Shown here: in pieces, positions 55,895 to 64,000 of the stretch
Layout: each line of letters starts with the position of its first letter
Numbering within the stretch: position 1 is the stretch's first letter
NCBI GenBank assembly: GCA_001778985.1
Contig: MFIU01000001.1
Location: 190,934-254,933, forward strand
DNA: 64,000 bases
Source: Candidatus Giovannonibacteria bacterium RIFOXYD1_FULL_48_21
GTDB lineage: Bacteria; Patescibacteriota; Minisyncoccia; JACPKW01; UBA11713
Reading direction: 5' to 3'
Program-made: the position numbers and the translations under genes
Notes under the pieces: generated by a model
Told to the model about the DNA's origin: nothing
The model's database searches: none
What the model saw: only the letters and a program-made list of their open reading frames with translations

Positions 55895-57037
55895 TTACCT
55901 TAATTCAGCCGCGAATTGTTCGGCGGTTTCGCGATAAAGTTTGGCTTGGATTTTGTCTACTTCTTCGCTGGTCAAAGTTCTTGAATTCGAGCGATAGACA
56001 ATTCTATAGGTATAGCTCGTTTTCTCCGGCCCGAATTTTTCCACGTTTTCGTATTTATCCAGCAATTGAACTTCTTCAACCAAATCTCCGCCCAAGTCCC
56101 TGATTAAATCAAAATAATTGTTCGAGATAAAATCATTTTTTACGATGAAGGAAATATCGCGCGTTATGGGCGGGTATTTCGACACCTCTTTAAATTTATT
56201 TCCGAGCTTGAGCTGCTTTTTTACGCGCGGGTCTTCGGACCAGAATAACCGGATATCCGGCAAGTCCATGCTCAAAATCGCTAACCTTTCGAGGCCGAAG
56301 CCAAAGGCCCAGCCGGTGTAGTTGTCCGAGTCCACCCCTAATTTTTTCAAAACATTGCCGCTCACGACGCCCGACCCAAGAACTTCTATCCATTTTTCTC
56401 CGCCAGGGAGTTGTATCTCCATTTCTATCGAAGGGTCGGTGTAGGGGAATTTGTCTTCGTTAAAGCGGTATTTGATTTTTTTGCCGAAAATCGCCTGGGC
56501 GATTTTAATTAAAATATCTTCGAGGTCCTTGATGGTGATGATTTTTTTGCTCTTTGGCGCCAGATACCAGCCGTCCATCTGATGAAAAACGTTCATGTGA
56601 TTGCGGTCGATTTCGTCTTTGCGGTAAACCTTGCCGTAGGAAAGCGAGCCGACGGCTTCGCTGTTTTTAATTTTTTCTTTTATGCGCTCGTCCCGCAAAT
56701 AGTAATACCACATTACGGTCGTGTGCGTTCGCAGAACATTATTTTCATCTGTATAGTAAGTGTCCGATTTTGAACGGACCGGATGGTCTTTCGGAAAATC
56801 AAAGAGGTCGAAACTTATATCGGCCGGGACAACTTCAGGCACTTCAATGATGTCAAAATCTTTGAAATCTTGGAGATTAATAATGCGCTCGGCAAGCTCG
56901 CGGAGGGGACTCCCGGGCGTTCGCGACAAGTCGGGCATCTTCAAAAAACGCGCCATTCTCTTCGATTCCGGGTCCTGTTTTTTCGCCAAAACTTTCAGGA
57001 TGTCTTTTTCTTCTTCGGATTCAATTTTAATTTGCAT
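55895..57037 (-). CDS. pheS: Phenylalanyl-tRNA synthetase, single-chain architecture (PheS-type catalytic core plus C-terminal FDX-ACB anticodon-binding domain; no N-terminal coiled coil)
   Basis: Class II motifs (FPYTDPSIEMEI motif 2; GWAFGFGLERLAIL motif 3); the C-terminal about 100 aa match the FDX-ACB fold pattern; no pheT in the window. Confidence 0.8.
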   Translation of the reverse strand: MQIKIESEEEKDILKVLAKKQDPESKRMARFLKMPDLSRTPGSPLRELAERIINLQDFKDFDIIEVPEVVPADISFDLFDFPKDHPVRSKSDTYYTDENNVLRTHTTVMWYYYLRDERIKEKIKNSEAVGSLSYGKVYRKDEIDRNHMNVFHQMDGWYLAPKSKKIITIKDLEDILIKIAQAIFGKKIKYRFNEDKFPYTDPSIEMEIQLPGGEKWIEVLGSGVVSGNVLKKLGVDSDNYTGWAFGFGLERLAILSMDLPDIRLFWSEDPRVKKQLKLGNKFKEVSKYPPITRDISFIVKNDFISNNYFDLIRDLGGDLVEEVQLLDKYENVEKFGPEKTSYTYRIVYRSNSRTLTSEEVDKIQAKLYRETAEQFAAELR

Positions 57038-57090
57038 TTCTTAAAATTAGCAAAAATCAGCGCTGTTTACCAGCGATGACTGGAATCGGA

Positions 57091-57115
57091 TTTTCTGTCA
57101 AGTTTTGGGGTTAGG
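57091..57115 (+). promoter_or_regulatory. Conserved promoter element TTTTCTGTCAAGTTTTGGGGTTAGG (copy 1); a -35-like TTAGGA with an 18-nt spacer to an extended -10 TGGTATGAT; upstream of the DUF4258/DUF2283 pair
   Basis: Read directly; 20/20-nt identity with copy 2 at 57679-57698. Confidence 0.55.
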
Positions 57116-57148
57116 ACTTGAACAGATTTTGTGGTATGATTTTTATAG

Positions 57149-57376
57149 GTGAGCGAGATTATATTCACTAAACACGCTCTGAGAAAACTTAAACAGAGAG
57201 GCATAAGTCGTTCAACGGTTATTAGAGCTGTTTTCAGTCCAGAGAAGTTGATTCTTGATGGAGGCAAGTATCTCTCTTATCGAAGATTTGGTCGATTATA
57301 CTTGAAGGTAATTTTTAAAAGGATGGGGAGATCAATAATTATAATTACGCAACATTTCGTGGAGAAAATAAAATGA
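57149..57376 (+). CDS. DUF4258 family protein (putative toxin-like component)
   Basis: IIFTKHALRKLKQRGIS...V...E......GGKYL.....G....V pattern of DUF4258; overlaps its partner by 4 nt. Confidence 0.55.
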   Translation: MSEIIFTKHALRKLKQRGISRSTVIRAVFSPEKLILDGGKYLSYRRFGRLYLKVIFKRMGRSIIIITQHFVEKIK

Positions 57377-57609
57377 AAGCAACTTATGATCCATTAGCAG
57401 ACGCAGTTAGTATAATTTTCAAGAGAGGAAAAGTTGCGAGAACGAAAGAAGTGAGCAGGGGAGTACTTTTGGACGTGGATAAAAATGATACGCCGCTTTA
57501 CTTAGAGATTTTAGATGCGAGCAAACGCTTTAAGAGGAGCAAAAAAGATTTAGGGAGCTTTTCCCTAGTCCCGTTTACTTATTCCAGGAGCGAGTTAGCG
57601 AGTCTCTAA
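57373..57609 (+). CDS. DUF2283 family protein (partner of DUF4258)
   Basis: YDP.ADA..I.F......T.EV..GVLLD.D.....L.LEILDAS pattern of DUF2283. Confidence 0.55.
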   Translation: MKATYDPLADAVSIIFKRGKVARTKEVSRGVLLDVDKNDTPLYLEILDASKRFKRSKKDLGSFSLVPFTYSRSELASL

Positions 57610-57611
57610 TA

Positions 57612-57660
57612 AAAAAGGCGTGGGGAGCGATGTTCTCGCCCACCCACGCGCTTTTTTCGA
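57612..57660 (+). terminator. Intrinsic terminator: GGCGTGGG...CCCACGC stem followed by TTTTTTCG
   Basis: GC stem plus T-run immediately after the DUF2283 stop. Confidence 0.6.
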
Positions 57661-57673
57661 GGAGTTAAATTAG

Positions 57674-57698
57674 ATTTTTTGTCAAGTTTTGGGGTTAG
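57674..57698 (+). promoter_or_regulatory. Conserved promoter element TTTTTTGTCAAGTTTTGGGGTTAGG (copy 2); TTAGGT with a 19-nt spacer to TGCTAAAAT; upstream of gyrB
   Basis: Read directly. Confidence 0.55.
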
Positions 57699-57759
57699 GT
57701 TTCGGCGAGGTTTTGTGCTAAAATTTGAGCATAGCTGTGGATTACTTTTGGCATAAATA

Positions 57760-59727
57760 ATGGCAAAAAAAGCGAAGAAAAATAAGGCCGCCCGGGCAGG
57801 GGGGCAAGGGGGGAACAATTCCAATAATTACACCGCCAAAGACATCTATGTTTTGGAGGGACTTGAGCCTGTCCGCAAGCGGCCCGGGATGTACATCGGG
57901 ACGACAGGAATTGACGGCCTGCATCATTTGATTTGGGAAGTCGTAGACAACTCGCTCGACGAGGCCATGTCCGGGTACGCGAAAAGTATTCTCGTAACCC
58001 TTTTGCCAAAAAATCGAGTGCGGGTCGTGGATGACGGCCGCGGGATTCCGGTTGAGACCCACAAGCAGACAAAAAAATCCGCGCTCGAAACCGTGATGAC
58101 GACTCTCCACGCCGGAGGGAAATTCGGCGGTGAGAGTTACAAAGTTTCCGGAGGTCTTCACGGCGTGGGGGTTTCGGTGGTCAACGCCCTTTCGAAATAT
58201 TTGGTCGCAGAGGTCTGCCGCGACGGAGAGAGATGGCAACAGGAATATGAACGGGGCGAACCCTTGGCCAAAGTCAAGAAAATCGGAAGCTGTAAAGGTT
58301 CAGGTACGGCGATTACTTTTGAGCCTGATTCTGAAATTTTTCGAGAAATCCGCTTTGATTTGGATACTATTCTGGAGCATCTGCGACAGCAAGCCTATTT
58401 GACTCCGGGAGTAAAAATCCAAATCAAAGATGAGCGCGAAAAAGAAGAACATTTGCACCAATTCTATACTTTTTATTTCGAATCCGGCATTCGCTCCTAT
58501 GTTACGTATTTGAACCGCGACCATAAAGCCAAGCACGATGATATTTTCTATGTTGGGAAAGAGTACGAGAAGATTCAGGTGGAGGTTGCACTTCAATATA
58601 TTGATGACCTTTCAACGCGGGAGCTCGCGTTCGCGAACAACATCTACAATCCCGAGGGCGGAACGCATCTTACCGGTTTTCGTTCAGCTCTGACGCGCGT
58701 TCTTAACGACTACGCCCGCAAAAACAGCTATCTTAAAGAAAAAGACAGCTTGACCGGAGAAGATGTCCGCGAAGGCCTGACCGCCGTGATTTCAGTGAAA
58801 ATCGTTACCGCCCAGCTTCAGTTTGAAGGCCAAACCAAGGCCAAGCTCGGAAATCCGGAAGCGCGGACCGCGGTGGAAAGCGTTTTCGGCGAAGCTTTCG
58901 CGGATTTTCTTGAACAAAATCCTTCTCAAGCCCGCGCGATTTTGGAGAAAGTCATTTTAGCTCTGGAGGCGCGAAAAGCCGCTAAGGCCGCGAAGGACAC
59001 GGTTTTGAGAAAAGGGATTTTAGAAGGATTGACTCTGCCGGGCAAACTCGCGGACTGCCAGTCGCGAAAACCCGAGGAGTCGGAGATTTTCGTGGTGGAG
59101 GGGGACAGCGCGGGTGGCTCGGCCAAGCAGGCGCGCGACCGGAGGTTCCAGGCCATTTTGCCTTTGCGCGGAAAAATTTTGAACGTGGAGCGGGCGCGTT
59201 TGGACAAAATGCTTGCTTCCAAGGAAATCAAAGCGCTTATCATCGCGCTCGGGGCGGCGATCGCGGATGAGCTCGACATCTCCAAAATCCGCTACCACAA
59301 AGTGGTGATTATGACGGACGCGGACGTGGACGGAGCGCACATCCGGACGCTTTTGCTGACTTTGTTTTACCGTTATTATCTTCCGGTCATCGAGGCGGGA
59401 TATTTATACATAGCCCAGCCGCCTTTATACCGAATTGCCAAAGGCAAAGAGGTTCGCTATGCCTATTCCGATGAAGAGAAAGCGCGGGTGGTGAAAGAAA
59501 TGAAAGAGAACGTTTCCATCCAGCGCTACAAGGGGCTCGGCGAGATGAATCCTTCCCAGCTTTGGGAAACCACTATGGATCCGGCCGTTCGGATTTTAAA
59601 ACAGGTTACGATCGGCGATGCGGCCGAAGCTTCCAAAACGTTCGAGATTTTAATGGGCGACGAAGTCGCCCCGAGAAAGTTGTTTATCCAGACCCACGCC
59701 AGAGCCGTTCAGAATTTGGATGTGTAA
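57760..59727 (+). CDS. gyrB: DNA gyrase subunit B
   Basis: GHKL ATPase N-terminus (YTAKDIYVLEGLEPVRKRPGMYIG), TOPRIM (EGDSAGG), C-terminal tail. Confidence 0.93.
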   Translation: MAKKAKKNKAARAGGQGGNNSNNYTAKDIYVLEGLEPVRKRPGMYIGTTGIDGLHHLIWEVVDNSLDEAMSGYAKSILVTLLPKNRVRVVDDGRGIPVETHKQTKKSALETVMTTLHAGGKFGGESYKVSGGLHGVGVSVVNALSKYLVAEVCRDGERWQQEYERGEPLAKVKKIGSCKGSGTAITFEPDSEIFREIRFDLDTILEHLRQQAYLTPGVKIQIKDEREKEEHLHQFYTFYFESGIRSYVTYLNRDHKAKHDDIFYVGKEYEKIQVEVALQYIDDLSTRELAFANNIYNPEGGTHLTGFRSALTRVLNDYARKNSYLKEKDSLTGEDVREGLTAVISVKIVTAQLQFEGQTKAKLGNPEARTAVESVFGEAFADFLEQNPSQARAILEKVILALEARKAAKAAKDTVLRKGILEGLTLPGKLADCQSRKPEESEIFVVEGDSAGGSAKQARDRRFQAILPLRGKILNVERARLDKMLASKEIKALIIALGAAIADELDISKIRYHKVVIMTDADVDGAHIRTLLLTLFYRYYLPVIEAGYLYIAQPPLYRIAKGKEVRYAYSDEEKARVVKEMKENVSIQRYKGLGEMNPSQLWETTMDPAVRILKQVTIGDAAEASKTFEILMGDEVAPRKLFIQTHARAVQNLDV

Positions 59728-59785
59728 ACTTGACTTTTTTGTTTTTATAGATTAATCTTTAATTTAAAGAAAGGAGGGTTCAAAG

Positions 59786-60076
59786 ATGTTTGACATTTTT
59801 AACCTGCAGAGCCTCGCGGTGGGGCTTTTCCTGGGCATCGCCTTCATGTTTTTCTTGGGATGGTTGCGAAACCGGAATGAACTCGGTGATATTCACATCG
59901 AGGTTTCTCCTAATCTGAAAGAGGTCAACATACGCCTCCCCGATTTAAAGGGTTTCAAGGGGATATCGGAAGAGGACCGACGCCGCGCCCGCCTTATTCT
60001 GGCCTCGGCAATTAACAAGCTGTCAAGGGCTATACAGAATCTGGAGAACGGATTTCGGTACGAATACACTATGTAA
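59786..60076 (+). CDS. Hypothetical membrane-anchored small protein
   Basis: ORF plus an N-terminal TM. Confidence 0.35.
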   Translation: MFDIFNLQSLAVGLFLGIAFMFFLGWLRNRNELGDIHIEVSPNLKEVNIRLPDLKGFKGISEEDRRRARLILASAINKLSRAIQNLENGFRYEYTM

Positions 60077-60103
60077 AATCAGAGCGGAGAAAGGAGAGGA
60101 AAG

Positions 60104-60391
60104 ATGGCCGAGATGAAGATCGTGGGCGACGGCGAGGTGCTTATAAGATTGGAGAGGCGCCTCGCGCCGGCAGTTCAGTTCCAGCTTGGAAGGATAATCC
60201 CCACTCCTCCCAAGGACTGCAAGGTCACGCCATGTCGGGACGAAGGATATTGCGCCTATCGCATAACCTTCAAAAAGTTCAGCGAAGGCGTGAGGCGGTA
60301 TTTAGTGTCAGTGGCTCTGGATATTGGGGACTGGACGGGGGAGACCATCCATGGCATGGGGCCAACAATTGATGCCCTAAAGGCTGCCTAG
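60104..60391 (+). CDS. Hypothetical small protein (95 aa)
   Basis: ORF only. Confidence 0.35.
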   Translation: MAEMKIVGDGEVLIRLERRLAPAVQFQLGRIIPTPPKDCKVTPCRDEGYCAYRITFKKFSEGVRRYLVSVALDIGDWTGETIHGMGPTIDALKAA

Positions 60392-60532
60392 GGCTCTGCA
60401 GGTCCAAGAAAAAAGGGAGTGGTACTTGATATCACCCCTTTTTTTATTTGACTTTTCTTTTTACTTTGCTACCCTTAATTTAAGCCCTCTGGGGCTTTTA
60501 AAAATCCCCGCCAAAGGCGGGCAAGCCCAAAA

Positions 60533-60724
60533 ATGAATCTATTTCAAAAACTTATCAATTATTTCAAGGAAACCCGGCAGGAGATGCGCCACGTCAATTG
60601 GCCCACGCGCCAAAACACGATTCGCTTCACGCTTTTGGTCGTAGGCGTTTCGGTCGCGGTGGCGGCCCTTCTGGGCCTTCTGGACATTCTTTTCCAATTT
60701 TTATTGAATAGGTTTGTTTTGTAA
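60533..60724 (+). CDS. secE: Preprotein translocase subunit SecE
   Basis: 63 aa, single C-terminal TM, position directly upstream of nusG; E..KV.WP SecE pattern (EMRHVNWPT). Confidence 0.75.
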   Translation: MNLFQKLINYFKETRQEMRHVNWPTRQNTIRFTLLVVGVSVAVAALLGLLDILFQFLLNRFVL

Positions 60725-60726
60725 TT

Positions 60727-61272
60727 ATGGCGAAGCAGACTGCGGAATTCGGAAAAAACTGGTACGCGGTGCATACTTATTCAGGATACGAGGACGCCGT
60801 AGCCAGAAATTTGAGGCAAAGAATTGAATCTTTGGGCATGGAAGATAAAATTTTTAACGTTCTGGTCCCGATTGAGAAGAAAATAAAAATCAAGGGCGGC
60901 AAGCGCCGGACCGTGGAGGAAAAAATTTATCCCGGCTATGTTTTGGTGGAGATGACGGTTACTGACGATTCCTGGTACGTGGTTCGAAACACTCCGCGGG
61001 TGACGGGCTTTGTCGGCTCCGGAACCACGCCCACTCCTCTATCCCGGGAAGAAGTGGATAATCTTTTCCGGCGGATGGGCGAGGCCGAGCCGAAATTCAG
61101 AGTGGATGTTTCGGTGGGAGACGTGGTCAGGATTACCGACGGCCCTTTCAAAGAATTTGAGGGCAAAGTGAGCGAAGTGGATGAAGAGCGTGGCAAGATT
61201 AAAGTTTTGGTTTCGATGTTCGGCCGGGAAACCCCGGTGGAGCTCGATTTCCTCCAGGTGAAAAAGCTCTAA
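60727..61272 (+). CDS. nusG: Transcription termination/antitermination factor NusG
   Basis: NGN domain ([11 protein letters not shown]) and KOW motif. Confidence 0.92.
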   Translation: MAKQTAEFGKNWYAVHTYSGYEDAVARNLRQRIESLGMEDKIFNVLVPIEKKIKIKGGKRRTVEEKIYPGYVLVEMTVTDDSWYVVRNTPRVTGFVGSGTTPTPLSREEVDNLFRRMGEAEPKFRVDVSVGDVVRITDGPFKEFEGKVSEVDEERGKIKVLVSMFGRETPVELDFLQVKKL

Positions 61273-61274
61273 TC

Positions 61275-61700
61275 ATGGCAAAAGCAATAAAAACAATTTT
61301 GAAGCTGCAGCTTCCGGCTGGAAAAGCTACGCCGGCCCCTCCGGTGGGGACGGCCCTCGGTCCGCACGGGATTAATATCGGTGAGTTTGTCAAAAAATTC
61401 AACGACGCGACCGCCGACAAGGGCGGCGAGATTATTCCGGCTGAAATTACGATTTATGAAGACCGGACCTTCACTTTTGTCCTGAAAACTCCGCCGGCTT
61501 CGGATTTGCTCCGAAGGGCGGCCGGAGTCGAGAAAGGTTCCGGCTCGCCGCTCAAGGAAAAGGTAGGCAAAGTTACGCGTTCTCAAATTCGCGAGATTGC
61601 CGAGAAAAAAATGGAAGACCTGAACGCGAACGACATTGAAGCCGCCATAAAGATAGTGGAGGGCTCTGCCCGTTCCATGGGAATTGAGGTAGTTGATTAA
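61275..61700 (+). CDS. rplK: 50S ribosomal protein L11
   Basis: [21 protein letters not shown]11 N-terminal signature. Confidence 0.95.
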   Translation: MAKAIKTILKLQLPAGKATPAPPVGTALGPHGINIGEFVKKFNDATADKGGEIIPAEITIYEDRTFTFVLKTPPASDLLRRAAGVEKGSGSPLKEKVGKVTRSQIREIAEKKMEDLNANDIEAAIKIVEGSARSMGIEVVD

Positions 61701-61726
61701 GCTAAATCTTTAGATAAGATTAGGAT

Positions 61727-62836
61727 ATGGCGAAACTTGGCACCCTTCCGTGCCAGATGATAAATGAAATGGTCAAAGCCGGCCATATCCAGAATGTCTT
61801 AGAACAAAACATACGTCCGGCTTCGGTGGATTTACGTCTTTCCGAGGAATTTTATCGCGTGGACGGAGTTTTTCTGCCCCGGCCCGGAGAATCCGTACGG
61901 GAAATTATCTCTAAAATGGGCGCTTCTCTTCATGATTTAAATTATCCCCTAGAAAGAGGCACGACCTACTTGGCTCGCCTGGAAGAGAGTTTAAAACTTC
62001 CTCCGGATATCTATGCTTACTGCAATCCAAAATCCAGCACAGGGAGAAACGATATTCACGTGCGGGTGATTGCCGACCGCATTTCGCGCTATGATACGGT
62101 AGCACCGGCGGGATATGCGGGTGAACTTTGGATGGCCGTTGAACCGCGTTCTTTTCCCATCAAACTTAAACCTGGAGTGTCTTTGAGCCAAATCCGTTTT
62201 TTCAACCACGATACTCGTTTTGATGAAAAAGAATTGGAATTCTTTTGTGAAAGGGATAAACTGCTCTGGTATAAAGGCAGTCCTCTTTCCTATGAGGAAA
62301 TAAAAATCAAGGATTACGACGGCTCTCTGATTCTCACGATAGATTTAAGCGGGGAGATGGCTGGCTATGAATGCCGCGGCTCAAGCAAAGTTTTAGATTT
62401 TACGGCCAAGGATAGATACCTGCCGGAAGAGTTTTTCGAACCTTTAAGAATTTCTGGCAAAACCGCCCTTCTGAAAAAGGACAGTTTCTATATTCTCCGC
62501 ACGCGGGAAGCCGTGAGGGTTCCTCTGCATTTTTCTTCGGAAATTGTTCCGATGGACGAGCGTTCCGGGGAATTTCGCACCCACTACGCGGGATTTTTCG
62601 ATCCGGGCTGGGGCTGGGGTGCGTCCGGAGAGGGCAAGGGCCGGGTAGCGGTTTTGGAAATTCGCCCCTTTTCAGACGTCATTCTTCGCGATAACCAGCC
62701 GGTGGCGAAATTTAGATTTGAGAAAATGATCGAAGCTCCCACCGCAAGTTACGACTCCCTTCCCGATTCTTCCTATAATTCTCAACGCGAAGAGATTCTG
62801 CCGCGTCTTTCCAAGCATTTCAAAGTCGCGGTATGA
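61727..62836 (+). CDS. dcd: 2'-deoxycytidine 5'-triphosphate deaminase, long form (about 370 aa)
   Basis: dCTP deaminase/dUTPase-fold N-terminus (IRPASVDLRL); length and pattern of the long DCD family. Confidence 0.65.
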   Translation: MAKLGTLPCQMINEMVKAGHIQNVLEQNIRPASVDLRLSEEFYRVDGVFLPRPGESVREIISKMGASLHDLNYPLERGTTYLARLEESLKLPPDIYAYCNPKSSTGRNDIHVRVIADRISRYDTVAPAGYAGELWMAVEPRSFPIKLKPGVSLSQIRFFNHDTRFDEKELEFFCERDKLLWYKGSPLSYEEIKIKDYDGSLILTIDLSGEMAGYECRGSSKVLDFTAKDRYLPEEFFEPLRISGKTALLKKDSFYILRTREAVRVPLHFSSEIVPMDERSGEFRTHYAGFFDPGWGWGASGEGKGRVAVLEIRPFSDVILRDNQPVAKFRFEKMIEAPTASYDSLPDSSYNSQREEILPRLSKHFKVAV

Positions 62837-63435
62837 ACCGAAAGCCGCCGTTCATTGTTTTTGAGGGCTTGGACGGGTCGGGTCATTCCACCCAGGCGGA
62901 CTTGCTTAAAAATTTTTTGGAAAAGAGAGGTCGAAAAATTCTTTTGACCAAAGAGCCGACTTTGGATAGCGCGGCCGGAAGAAAAATCAGAAAAACCCTA
63001 GAGCATAAAATAAAATTAAATCCAAAAGAGCTGCAGGATCTCTTCACCAAAGACCGGGCTCAGCACCTCAAAAAAACAATTCTTCCGGCGCTGAAACGCG
63101 GTCAATTTGTTATCTCCGACCGATATTTCTTCTCTACTTTCGCCTTTGGAGCCGCGAGCGGCGTGAATCTCCCTTATCTTATTCGGCAGAATAAAAAATT
63201 TCTGCACCCTGACATAACTTTTATTTTGGATGTAAAGCCCCAAACATCTATTTTCAGAATCGAGAAAAGGGGCAAACCCAAGGAACTTTTTGAGAAAATA
63301 GAAAAACTTTCCAAGGTGCGCGAAGTTTACCGGAGCTTTCCAAAAAAATTCAAAAATGTTTATATGATAAATGGAGAAAAGAGCATTGGCGAGGTCTTTA
63401 AACAAATTAAGAGGAGGATAATGGATTATGGATAA
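62833..63435 (+). CDS. tmk: Thymidylate kinase
   Basis: P-loop (FIVFEGLDGSGHSTQ), DRY/F motif (SDRYFFSTFAF). Confidence 0.88.
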   Translation: MNRKPPFIVFEGLDGSGHSTQADLLKNFLEKRGRKILLTKEPTLDSAAGRKIRKTLEHKIKLNPKELQDLFTKDRAQHLKKTILPALKRGQFVISDRYFFSTFAFGAASGVNLPYLIRQNKKFLHPDITFILDVKPQTSIFRIEKRGKPKELFEKIEKLSKVREVYRSFPKKFKNVYMINGEKSIGEVFKQIKRRIMDYG

Positions 63436-64000
63436 CTTACGCTACGCGCCGAATTTTTCAAGTCCGGAAGAATGGTCAGAGCGGGACCGCTACTATTTGG
63501 CGCCCTTTGTCACCAGTATGGACGGTTTGGTTTCGGTCTTGAGAAATCTGCCGCCGGAGTTGGCAGGCGCGCTTTGTTCGCGCGCGAGCCGCGCCTCAGA
63601 TTCGCTTCTGCGGGTATTGCTGAAAGAGTACATCTATCCGGTGCTGGAAGGGGAAGACAAAGAGCTCGCGGCCGAATTGGAGGAGGTGGTTGCCTTTTTT
63701 CACGCCCATGGCCTAAAATCCGTCCTTAACAACAAAAAAGCCCAGCAATTCTACGCGAAGTGGCTCGCGGCCTACGGCGATGATTCCATCGCGCAGATGG
63801 CCGGAAGTTATTTGGTCATGTGGGGTATCTCGCAGGTGAGCATGAAGTTCATCGAGGATTTTCGGATTGGCCTTGCCCCAATCGAAAAATCCACGCGCTA
63901 CGTCGATTTTTCAAAAAAAACGGGAAGCAAATATCTCTACTACACCGACCCCGATATCAAAGAAGCGGGTCTCGAGAAAGAATATACGTCGGTGATGGAT
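63429..64000 (+). CDS. thyX: FAD-dependent thymidylate synthase ThyX (3' end beyond the window)
   Basis: Open frame to the window end; ...SQVSMKF..DFRIGLAP.EKSTRYV resembles the ThyX block preceding the RHR motif. Confidence 0.55.

Noticed and set aside
63472-63729. ORF 63472-63729 (plus, 85 aa; Gly/Arg-rich)
   Set aside because: Alternative frame inside the thyX reading frame, which continues open to the window end and has ThyX-like blocks.

Overview
The window reads as a small-genome, Patescibacteria/CPR-like bacterial chromosome segment of about 47% GC, with compact genes and many 4-nt ATGA/GTGA start-stop overlaps. The backbone is housekeeping: metG, tatD, leuS, tsaC, glyA, folD, parB, rel, topA, dprA, ftsH, recG, ligA, gatCA, pheS, gyrB, secE-nusG-rplK, dcd-tmk-thyX. 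About 13 kb (31.7-44.3 kb) is a type IV pilus / competence-pilus locus: pilMNO(P)-pilB-receiver-pilT-pilC, three tandem pilin paralogs, pilD and four minor pilins, with comFC adjacent. Nine tRNA genes are present, including tRNA-Ile(UAU) and an unusual tRNA-Arg(GCG). Three features look least described. (1) Three ~80-aa GIY-YIG nuclease ORFs; two abut the 5' end of an intact tRNA and are preceded by a degenerate copy of that tRNA's 5' half carrying GC hairpin insertions, which suggests a tRNA-targeting mobile element. (2) A RAYT-like HUH transposase flanked by REP-like palindromes (TATCGAAGTCSGACTTC); copies of this palindrome sit in frame inside recG (twice, as doublets) and at the 5' end of pilD. 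(3) Several families of perfect palindromes and inverted repeats sit at gene starts. Other items: a DUF5678 / retropepsin-like protease pair, a RelE-antitoxin pair overlapping tRNA-Arg, a DUF4258/DUF2283 pair, a GC-shifted islet after tRNA-Ser(GCT), a large Cys-rich repeat protein, a mitochondrial-type single-chain PheRS architecture, and rplK that is not followed by rplA.
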